Assembly: GCA_046590685.1 (NCBI GenBank)
Contig: JBKJUQ010000056.1
Span: forward strand, 1 to 41,795
Reading direction: 5' to 3'
DNA: 41,795 nucleotides
Source: Hymenobacteraceae bacterium
GTDB lineage: Bacteria; Bacteroidota; Bacteroidia; Cytophagales; Hymenobacteraceae
The translations under genes and the position numbers were made by a program. The notes under the pieces are model-generated. The model did not search any database. It saw nothing but the letters and a program-made list of their open reading frames with translations, and had not been told where the DNA came from. Every line of letters begins with the position of its first letter. Positions within the stretch are counted from its first letter, which is position 1. This document shows positions 7,986 through 15,446 of the stretch, in pieces.

Positions 7986-9464
7986 TTAAAACTGGAAATA
8001 GATAAACTGCGACATATCGAATACGCCAAAGCACATAATGGCTAGAATTACCGCGTAGTACACGGCCCAGCGCACGGCAAAGGGGCGCACGTTCAGGATC
8101 TGCCGCACCGACCGATCGCGCTGAATCCAGTGAACGCCCTCCATTAACCCAATGGCAAGCAACGTGACCAGAACGTAGCGGGGGTCTTTGCCGAGCCAGA
8201 GCAAGTCCTGGCGGGCGGCGGCATCGGCGCGGATAGCTGCCAGCTGCGGTCCCCAGCCGCTAAATAAGTGCGTTAGCACGTAGCTAGCGTCGGCGAAAGT
8301 CGCGGCCCGGAAGAAGATCCACGCCAGATCGACGAGGATGAACGTGCAGGCAATATTGACGATTTTATCAAGCCACCCGCCATCGGCTATCCCGAGCGCC
8401 TGCGCTAAGCGCAGCCGGATGGATTTGGTCCAGACCCCGACGATGAGGTAGGTGCCGTGAATGGCGCCCCAGAGGATGAAATTCCAGCTCGCCCCGTGCC
8501 ACAAGCCCGAGATCAGGAATGTGAACCACAGGTTGAAGTACCGCCGACCGGTGCTCACGCGGTTGCCGCCAAGGGAGATGTAGAGGTAGTCGCGAAACCA
8601 CGTGCTCAGCGAGATGTGCCAGCGCTTCCAGAACTCCGAGATCGACTTCGAGAAGTAGGGGCGGTCGAAGTTCTTCATCAGGCTGAACCCCATCGCTTCG
8701 GCCGAGCCGAGGGCGATGTCGGAGTACCCGCTGAAGTCGCAGTAAATCTGGATAGCGAACCCGAGCGTGGCGAGCACGAGCGGCAGCCCGGTGTATTGCG
8801 TGGGGTCGTTGTAGACGTGGTTCACCATCACCGCAATCCGATCGGCGATGACTACTTTTTTGAACAACCCCCACGCCATCAGCTGCAGCCCGCTGACCAA
8901 ATGCGGGTAGCTGAAGGGGTGCTTTTCGTAGAACTGATGCAGGACGTTCTGCGGCCGCTCAATGGGCCCGGCCACCAGCTGCGGGTAGAACATCACGTAC
9001 AAGGAGTAGATACCAAAGTGGCGCTCGGCAGGCTGCCGACCACGGTACACCTCAATGGTATAACTCATCGCCTGAAACGTGTGGAACGAGAGGCCGATGG
9101 GCAGCAGAATGGCGAGAGCCGGAATCGGATTCTGCCCCAGGTTTAGGAGCGAATACAGGCCGCTGATATTTCCATTAAGGAAATTGTAATACTTAAAAAC
9201 CGCCAATACGCCGACGTTTGCCACCAGGCTCATCACCAGGTACCACTTGCGCCGCCGCCCGTGGGCTTTCTCAATCAGCAGCCCCGCGATGTAGTCGATA
9301 ATGATCGTGAAAAACAGGATCAGAATGTAGACCGCCTTGAAGAACATGTAGAACACGCACGAGGCCGCCAACAACCACCACCAGCGGTGCCGGTGCGGGA
9401 GCAGAAAGTACCCGAGCGTGACCACGGGAAAGAAAATCGCGAACGCGAAAGAGTTGAAGAGCAT
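7986..9464 (-). CDS. MBOAT family membrane-bound O-acyltransferase (AlgI/DltB-like)
   Basis: MLFNSFAFAIFFPVVTLGYFLLP N-terminus, a multi-pass membrane protein, and conserved FWKRWHISLSTWFRDYLYISLGGNR and LISGLWHGASW blocks that include the MBOAT His. Confidence 0.85.
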   Translation of the reverse strand: MLFNSFAFAIFFPVVTLGYFLLPHRHRWWWLLAASCVFYMFFKAVYILILFFTIIIDYIAGLLIEKAHGRRRKWYLVMSLVANVGVLAVFKYYNFLNGNISGLYSLLNLGQNPIPALAILLPIGLSFHTFQAMSYTIEVYRGRQPAERHFGIYSLYVMFYPQLVAGPIERPQNVLHQFYEKHPFSYPHLVSGLQLMAWGLFKKVVIADRIAVMVNHVYNDPTQYTGLPLVLATLGFAIQIYCDFSGYSDIALGSAEAMGFSLMKNFDRPYFSKSISEFWKRWHISLSTWFRDYLYISLGGNRVSTGRRYFNLWFTFLISGLWHGASWNFILWGAIHGTYLIVGVWTKSIRLRLAQALGIADGGWLDKIVNIACTFILVDLAWIFFRAATFADASYVLTHLFSGWGPQLAAIRADAAARQDLLWLGKDPRYVLVTLLAIGLMEGVHWIQRDRSVRQILNVRPFAVRWAVYYAVILAIMCFGVFDMSQFIYFQF

Positions 9465-9567
9465 AGAGTAAGGAAGCCTGCTGGTCTCGCCCCGGATGGC
9501 CGGGCAGTTTAGAAGAAGTCACTCGCGCCCCGCCAGTACTTTGCCTGAGTCAAGTCAGTCATTTGCT

Positions 9568-9645
9568 TAAGCCACCTGAATCGTTTGGCTAAGCCACGTG
9601 AGTCGTTTGGTTAAGCCACATGGATCAGTTTCTTAAGCCAATTCG
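9568..9645. repeat. 22-bp tandem direct repeat, about 3.5 units (consensus TAAGCCACNTGANTCGTTTGGN)
   Basis: Units at 9568-9589, 9590-9611 and 9612-9633, plus a partial unit from 9634. A degenerate unit precedes them at 9546-9567. Located between the ptmE-like stop (9692) and the MBOAT start (9464). Confidence 0.7.
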
Positions 9646-9691
9646 GGGCTTCGTCCGGCCCGCGAGAAGCAAGCGGGGGACGGAGGGAGCA

Positions 9692-10735
9692 TTATAGCTG
9701 CAAATGCCGAATATCTTCCTGCGCCTTACGATAGTCCTCGTGCTTGCCCACGTCGAGCCAGTACCCCAGCAGGGGGTAGTAGCCGACCTTCCGTCCCTCC
9801 GCGATGAGCGCCTCCATCAGGTCAGTGGCGTTGAACAGCTCGCCCTTCGGGATACGCTCAATCAGGGAGCGCTTAAGCAGGTAGATGCCGCCGTTGGAGT
9901 AGTAGGTGTATGTTGGCTTTTCCTTGAAAGACAGAATCCGCTCATCGTCCACTTCCAGTACCGCATATGGAACGGGGACGGAGTACGGCACGCTCGCCAC
10001 CGTCATATCGGCGCCGGACGCGCAGAAGGTCGCGAAGAAATCCTCGAAATCGATGTCGGTCAGCAGGTCCGAGTTCATCACTAGCACCGTGTCGTGCTCC
10101 AGACCTTCTACCAGCGCCAGCGCCCCCAGGGTACCGAGGGGCTCAGCCTCCCGGGTATAGGTAATCTGCGCGCCCTTGGCCGATCCGTCGCCGAAATACG
10201 CTTCCAGCTGCTCGCCGAGGTACTTCACCGTGATGCTCATGTTCCGAACCCCGTAGGAGATCAGCCGATCGACGTTGTGCTCGATGATGGGCTTGTCGCC
10301 CACGGGTAGCAACGGTTTGGGAGTAGTGTCGGTGAGGGGTCGCAGGCGCTCGCCCCGTCCGCCGGCCATAATGACGGCGTCGAGGGGGAGGATTGAGCGA
10401 TCGGTGCGCAAGTCCGCGACCCGCACCAGGCGCCCCAGCTCGTCAAGCAAGGGTACCAGATCGATCTGGCGGGCGCGCAAGGCGCGGATATCGGCCACGG
10501 TATAAGCGCCGCGCTGCAACGCCCGGAACCCCGCGTTCATCAGACGGGTAACGGGCTCATCGAGGCTCACGCCGGCCAACATCCCCCGCCGGACATCCCC
10601 ATCGGATAACGTCCCGGCCAGGCGCCGGTCAGCATCGAGCACAAACAGCGTCTTCGGGCCACTCACGCGGTCCAGCTGGGTAAGGGCTTCGCGGCCAGTG
10701 GCGGAATCGGAAATGGTATGCGAGAGCAAGGTCAT
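9692..10735 (-). CDS. ptmE: CBS-pair plus sugar-phosphate nucleotidyltransferase (PtmE-like)
   Basis: The N-terminal CBS region contains TLFVLDADRRLAGTLSDGDVRRG. It is followed by AVIMAGGRGERLRPLTDTTPKPLLPVGDKPII, the NTP-transferase signature. The track start at 10771 is an ATT codon, so the ATG at 10735 (MTLLSHTISD) is preferred. Confidence 0.75.
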   Translation of the reverse strand: MTLLSHTISDSATGREALTQLDRVSGPKTLFVLDADRRLAGTLSDGDVRRGMLAGVSLDEPVTRLMNAGFRALQRGAYTVADIRALRARQIDLVPLLDELGRLVRVADLRTDRSILPLDAVIMAGGRGERLRPLTDTTPKPLLPVGDKPIIEHNVDRLISYGVRNMSITVKYLGEQLEAYFGDGSAKGAQITYTREAEPLGTLGALALVEGLEHDTVLVMNSDLLTDIDFEDFFATFCASGADMTVASVPYSVPVPYAVLEVDDERILSFKEKPTYTYYSNGGIYLLKRSLIERIPKGELFNATDLMEALIAEGRKVGYYPLLGYWLDVGKHEDYRKAQEDIRHLQL

Positions 10736-10771
10736 GCGGCAAAAAGCGAGTAAACGGAGCGCGAACGGCAA

Positions 10772-11986
10772 TCAGGCCTCGGGCGGAGCGACGGGCAGGT
10801 CGTAGAACTGCTTTTTGAGCAGCGGCGCCAGCTCAACGGTCCTAAGCACGTCGAGGATGGCGGCCGAGGGGTTAGCATCACCGTACGGATTACGGGCCGC
10901 CGGTAGCGCCGCCTGGAAAGGAACCGAGTAGAGCGTAGCCAACGCTTGGCGAATGCCTTCCCGCGTGGGCTCGCAATCGATGACGCTGCTGGCCTGCAAC
11001 CGCCCTTTCTGCCGATCGCCGACGTTGACGGTGCCGATTCGAAAGCTGGGCGCCTCGGCCAGGCCGCTCGACGAATTGCCCACCACGCCGTCGACCCAGC
11101 GCAAAGCCGAGAGGTAGCGGAGCTGCCCCAGGGAGATAAACGCCACCGCCGTTTGCGGCCGACGCGCCACAAATCGGTCAATCATATCGATCAACTCCCG
11201 ACCATCGGTATCGGCATTGGGCTTGGTGAAGATCAGATGCGTATCGGGCAGCTCGTCGAGGGCCGCCAGCAGCTCCGTCATTTGCGTGCTGGCCGTATTG
11301 GCTTCGAGCGTGACCGGGTGAAAGGTGACGAGCAGATTGCGACGACCGAGCGGGAAGTTGATCGATTCCTCAAAAGCCGCTCGATCGAGTAGCGGCAGGC
11401 GATTGATATTCTCGATGCCCATCGAGCCTACGTTGAATACGCGGCGCGGATCCTCGCCCAGCTGCACCACGCGGCGGCGGTAAGGCTCGGTGGCGGTAAA
11501 GTGCAGGTGCGCCATCTTGGTGATGGCGTGCCGCACCGACTCGTCGAACGCTCCTTCAGTCGTTTCGCCCCCGTTGAGGTGCGCCACCGGGATGCGAAAC
11601 ACCAGGGCCGCCGAAACGGCGGCCAGAATCTCGAAGCGGTCGCCGAGCACGACGATCAGGTCGGGCTGTAAATCGGCCCACACATCGGCAAAACCGATCT
11701 GCCCGAGGCCCATCGACTTGGTGATGCCCACGGGCGTATCGCTCGAGAGCAGCATCTCCACTCGCCGGGTGATGGGCAGTCCGTCGGCCTCAATCTGGCG
11801 CACGGTAAGCCCAAACTCGGGCGAGAGGTGCATCCCCGTCGCCACCAGCTGCAGCTTAAAGGCGGGGTCGTCGGCGATCCCGCGGATCAGCCAATACAAC
11901 AGGCCGTACTCGGCCCGGGTACCCGTTACGACGCAGACCGTGCGGGGCCTTGGGGCCGACGGGGCGGCAGACGCAGCTATCATCAC
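10772..11986 (-). CDS. legG: Hydrolysing NDP-N-acetylhexosamine 2-epimerase (NeuC/LegG family)
   Basis: VCVVTGTRAEYGLLYWLI N-terminus, plus GDRFE and HLNGGE motifs. The GTG (11986) and ATG (11983) candidate starts both overlap the TGA stop of the upstream neuB-like gene. Confidence 0.8.
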   Translation of the reverse strand: MMIAASAAPSAPRPRTVCVVTGTRAEYGLLYWLIRGIADDPAFKLQLVATGMHLSPEFGLTVRQIEADGLPITRRVEMLLSSDTPVGITKSMGLGQIGFADVWADLQPDLIVVLGDRFEILAAVSAALVFRIPVAHLNGGETTEGAFDESVRHAITKMAHLHFTATEPYRRRVVQLGEDPRRVFNVGSMGIENINRLPLLDRAAFEESINFPLGRRNLLVTFHPVTLEANTASTQMTELLAALDELPDTHLIFTKPNADTDGRELIDMIDRFVARRPQTAVAFISLGQLRYLSALRWVDGVVGNSSSGLAEAPSFRIGTVNVGDRQKGRLQASSVIDCEPTREGIRQALATLYSVPFQAALPAARNPYGDANPSAAILDVLRTVELAPLLKKQFYDLPVAPPEA

Positions 11987-12999
11987 GTCAGATCCTGGGG
12001 GCTCAGCTTATGATCTTCCGTCAACGCGTGCGCCAGGCGGCGCCCCACGAGCGAGTCGACCAGCATCGGGGAGATGCCATCGCCGGGACGCTTCATGATC
12101 AGATCAGTTGCCGCGAGTACGTGGCCCGCGGGCCGGTCAACGGCTAAGTGGACGCTCTTGCGGGCAATAAGGCGGTTGGGCAGCTCGGAGGCCGAAGGCC
12201 GCTTTCGACCATCGCCGAGCGCCCGCTCGATGTTTCGGATCGCCGCCACCATCGCCGTTAGCTCCGCGGGCTCCAGGGAAGCGCGATGATCGGGCCCGGG
12301 CATATTCTTGTCGAGCGTGATGTGCTTCTCGATGCAGACCGCGCCAAGCGCCACCGCCGCGATGGGCACCTCGATGCCGAGTGTGTGGTCGGAGTAGCCA
12401 ACGGGGACGCCCAGCGCCTGCCCGATGGTGCACATCGCGCGCAGGTTCACGTCGGTCATCGGCGTCGGATACTCCGTGTTGCAATGCAGCACCGTCACCT
12501 GCTCGCGCGAAGTACCGGCCGCGACGAGGATGTCGAGGGCGGTTTCGATCTCGCCGAGCGTCGCCATTCCGGTGCTCATAATCACGGGCCGCCCTAAAGC
12601 ACCAATCTGCCGCAGAAACGGCAGGTTCGTGAGCTCGCCCGATGGCACCTTGCAGAAGTCGAGCTCGAACTCGGCCAGCATGTCCACGCTCACCGCGTCA
12701 AAAGCCGTTGAGGAAAACTTGATATTGCGCTCACGGCAGTACGCGATAAGCGCCAGGTGGTCGGCGCGGGAAAGCTCCAGCTTCTTGACCATCTCCAGCT
12801 GCGACTCAGCGCCTCCCGTGGTGTCGAGCTGGTACGTGGCCTTCTGGGCTTGCCGGCTGACGTTGTGCTCGGCAATGAAGGTCTGGAACTTGACGTAGTC
12901 GGCGCCAGCGGCGGCGGCAACGTCCACCAGCTGACGGGCCAGCTCCAGGGAGCCATTATGGTTGACGCCGGCTTCGGCGATGATGGTTACTGGCCGCAT
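11983..12999 (-). CDS. legI: NeuB family nonulosonic acid synthase (LegI-like)
   Basis: MRPVTIIAEAGVNHNGSLELARQLVDVAAAAGADYVKFQTF and a C-terminal SAF-like segment. The ATG at 12999 overlaps the upstream stop by 13 nt. The track extension to 13131 lies inside the acetyltransferase gene. Confidence 0.8.
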   Translation of the reverse strand: MRPVTIIAEAGVNHNGSLELARQLVDVAAAAGADYVKFQTFIAEHNVSRQAQKATYQLDTTGGAESQLEMVKKLELSRADHLALIAYCRERNIKFSSTAFDAVSVDMLAEFELDFCKVPSGELTNLPFLRQIGALGRPVIMSTGMATLGEIETALDILVAAGTSREQVTVLHCNTEYPTPMTDVNLRAMCTIGQALGVPVGYSDHTLGIEVPIAAVALGAVCIEKHITLDKNMPGPDHRASLEPAELTAMVAAIRNIERALGDGRKRPSASELPNRLIARKSVHLAVDRPAGHVLAATDLIMKRPGDGISPMLVDSLVGRRLAHALTEDHKLSPQDLT

Positions 13000-13583
13000 T
13001 GTGCGATGATAGCAGAGAAATCGGCGGGTTGGTAAGGATACTTGCGCATCAGCTCCTCCTGCAATTCCAGAATGCGCCCGACGGGTCGGTCCTTCACGCG
13101 ACGAGCCGGCGAGCCCATATATACGCCCCACGGCTCCAAATCTTTAGTCACCACGCTGCCGCTGCCCACTACGGTGCCTTCGCCGATGGTTACCCCCGGC
13201 TGTACCACCACGTTGGTGGCCAGGAAAGAATTCTTCTTCAGAATGACGTGCGAACGGGTGTACGACCGAAATTCCGCGGGTACCAGCGGGCTCGGAATAC
13301 CTTGGCCCATCACGTTATCGGTACCGGTAATGATGCGCGAGCCCGCCGCCACGCCCACAAAATCTTCGGCGATGAAAATGCCGCCGCCCGAAATAGCCGT
13401 GTGCGCGGCCAAATGAATGAAGTTGCCGAGGTACGTGCCCTGGCCACCCGCCAGGTACACAAACTCGCTCAGGATGATGTGACTCTTGAACGTAATGACC
13501 TCGGGCTTGATGATCGTAACCGGGTCGTAAATCGTGACGTCTTCGCCGATCTCTCGGAAGATCCGTGGGGGTGCTGCTGACAT
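12987..13583 (-). CDS. Hexapeptide-repeat (left-handed beta-helix) acetyltransferase; positional candidate for the LegH step
   Basis: Repeated [LIV]-G-x4 hexapeptides (VVVQPGVTIGEGTVVGSGSVVTKDLEPWGVYMGSPARRV) and an ATG start. It sits between legC and legI. Confidence 0.75.
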   Translation of the reverse strand: MSAAPPRIFREIGEDVTIYDPVTIIKPEVITFKSHIILSEFVYLAGGQGTYLGNFIHLAAHTAISGGGIFIAEDFVGVAAGSRIITGTDNVMGQGIPSPLVPAEFRSYTRSHVILKKNSFLATNVVVQPGVTIGEGTVVGSGSVVTKDLEPWGVYMGSPARRVKDRPVGRILELQEELMRKYPYQPADFSAIIAQCGQ

Positions 13584-13658
13584 GGGTGCGAATGCTGGTT
13601 GTTAGGTGCGAGCGACGGCTTGGGCGAGTAAACACCCAAGCCGCCGCCAGCAACAGTT

Positions 13659-14885
13659 TTATAAACCGACGGTGCTCGGGATGTTGATCAGGCGCCGGGC
13701 AATGCTGGCGGCGCCGCTTAGGTCGGCTGCGGGGCAAGCGGCGTACATCGGCAAGCGGCTCATCAGCTCCCAGGCCGGACGGGTCATCAGGCCCACGTCG
13801 TTGGTCGCGGCCAAAATGAGGTCGCGCTGCTCTTCCTGTCCCTTATCGAGCAGCAGGCAGTTGAGCCAGTAGTTCGAATGCCCGAATGCGGGCTCTTCCA
13901 CGAACCGAATACCCGGCACCGACGCGAATGCGGCGGCGTAGCGGGCCGCCAAATCGCGCTTTTGCGCCAAAAAGCCGGGCAACTGCTCCAACTGGGCACA
14001 GCCAAGCGCGGCGTTCAGGTTCGGCATGCGGTAGTTGTAGGCGGTCTCGTCGTGAACGAACTCCCAGCGATGCGGAACCTTAGCCGTAGTGGTCAAGTGC
14101 TTCGCGCGGCGGCCCAGCTCCAGGTCGTTCGTCAGGATCGCCCCGCCCCCGCCCGTAGTCAGCACTTTATTGCCGTTGAAGCTCAAGGCGGAAATACGGC
14201 CGACGTTGCCCGTGTGCTTGCCTTTATAGTAAGACCCGAGCGATTCGGCGGCGTCTTCGATCAGCGTGATGTTCCATTCGTCACACACGGCCGCTAGCGC
14301 GTCCAGATCCACCGGATGCCCAAAGGCGTGCATGGGCACGAGTGCCTTGATGCGACGCCCCGTTTGCCGATTGTACGTGAAGCCATCGGCGCGTCGCTCA
14401 CCGACGGAGCGCAGATGGTCAGCAAGCTTGGCCGCATCTACGCCAAGGGTGGTTTCCTCGGAATCCACGAAATGTGGAATAGCGCCGCAGTAACTCACGG
14501 CGTTTGCCGTCGCCACGAACGTGAGCGTCGGCATCAGCACTTCATCGCCCTGTACTACGTCGCTGAGCAGCAAGCAAATGTGCAGCGCGGCGGTACCATT
14601 GGCTACCGCTACGGCGCGCTCGACGCCGCAGAACGCCGCCAGGTCGGCTTCGAAGCGGTCAACGAACTTACCGACCGACGAGACCCAGCCCGTATCGATG
14701 CACTCTTTGAGGTAGCTCCACTCGTTCCCTTTGAAAGTGGGAATGTGAAGTCCGATAAATTGACCATCAGCCTGGTGCCCGTGAATCACGGCGCGGAGGG
14801 TGTCGACGATGGTTTGGGAAAGCTGGCCCACTGGGGCCAAAGAAGCAGCGGTCGGGACGACCGGTGCAGAAGCGTTTTGCGGCAT
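13659..14885 (-). CDS. legC: DegT/DnrJ/EryC1 family PLP aminotransferase, LegC-like
   Basis: IPTFKGNEWSYLKECIDTGWVSSVGKFVDRFE resembles the LegC-family N-terminus. SFNGNKVLTTGGGG contains the PLP lysine region. The ATG at 14885 is preferred over the TTG at 14918. Confidence 0.8.
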   Translation of the reverse strand: MPQNASAPVVPTAASLAPVGQLSQTIVDTLRAVIHGHQADGQFIGLHIPTFKGNEWSYLKECIDTGWVSSVGKFVDRFEADLAAFCGVERAVAVANGTAALHICLLLSDVVQGDEVLMPTLTFVATANAVSYCGAIPHFVDSEETTLGVDAAKLADHLRSVGERRADGFTYNRQTGRRIKALVPMHAFGHPVDLDALAAVCDEWNITLIEDAAESLGSYYKGKHTGNVGRISALSFNGNKVLTTGGGGAILTNDLELGRRAKHLTTTAKVPHRWEFVHDETAYNYRMPNLNAALGCAQLEQLPGFLAQKRDLAARYAAAFASVPGIRFVEEPAFGHSNYWLNCLLLDKGQEEQRDLILAATNDVGLMTRPAWELMSRLPMYAACPAADLSGAASIARRLINIPSTVGL

Positions 14886-14915
14886 AAGGCGCGATAAGTG
14901 AAAACGAATCCGCCG

Positions 14916-14949
14916 CAAAGGTAGCCCCGCCCCGCCCCTGCGATGGCAA
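14916..14949 (-). promoter_or_regulatory. Candidate Bacteroidota-type promoter for the glycan operon (-33 TTG, -7 TACCTTTG)
   Basis: The minus strand reads TTG (14949-14947), then 23 nt, then TACCTTTG (14923-14916). This matches the TAnnTTTG -7 consensus and lies 30 nt upstream of the legC ATG. The spacing is at the long end of the accepted range. Confidence 0.3.
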
Positions 14950-15026
14950 CCGGGGGTGACTGATTCGGTAATCGGAGGGCTGAGCCGTGCCGCGCCACCA
15001 CCCGAGGAACACCGCTGGATAGCGAG

Positions 15027-15401
15027 TTAGTCGGCGTGCGGCGCCGCCGATTTCTGGCAGCAATCCGGCAGGCGTTGATGCGCGCGCGGGTCGGCTTGCA
15101 CAGAATCGGCGTCGTAGCCCGTGCGCGCAATGGCTAAGCGCAGCTTATCGAGCGACGTTTTGTCGGGCTGATAAACGATGGTCAACATCTTTGATTCTAC
15201 GTCCAATTCAGCGGCCTTCACGCCCTTTTCGTAGGCCATTGCCTTTTCGAGGGTGGTTTTGCACATCGCGCACACTGCGGAAGTCAGGATCTGCGCTTGC
15301 GCCGTACGGGCCGGAGTGGCTTTCGTCGGCGCACCGCTTTGGGCAGTGGCACTAGCCGTGGCGGTCAGCACTAATATCAAAGCGAGCAATATTTTTTTCA
15401 T
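15027..15401 (-). CDS. Secreted heavy-metal-associated (HMA) domain protein
   Basis: Signal peptide MKKILLALILVLTATASATAQ, a CAMC (CxxC) metal-binding motif in an HMA-like fold (KGVKAAELDVESKMLTIVY) and a C-terminal DCC...H cluster. The ATG at 15401 is preferred over the TTG at 15407. Confidence 0.75.
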   Translation of the reverse strand: MKKILLALILVLTATASATAQSGAPTKATPARTAQAQILTSAVCAMCKTTLEKAMAYEKGVKAAELDVESKMLTIVYQPDKTSLDKLRLAIARTGYDADSVQADPRAHQRLPDCCQKSAAPHAD

Positions 15402-15446
15402 CAGCAAGGGAAAGGGGTAAAGGAAGGGAAATTAAATAAACGCACC

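Noticed and set aside
9568-9645. Possible CRISPR array
   Set aside because: The 22-bp units are directly adjacent with no spacers and there are only about 3.5 copies. There are no cas genes in the window. It is a plain tandem repeat.
2199-14918. N-terminal extensions in the ORF track (for example 2276, 3279, 7963, 10771, 13131, 14918, 15407)
   Set aside because: Reading the start codons shows the track accepts TTG, GTG and ATT as starts. The extensions run into upstream genes or structured intergenic repeats and add non-conserved residues. Internal ATG starts immediately precede the conserved family N-termini.
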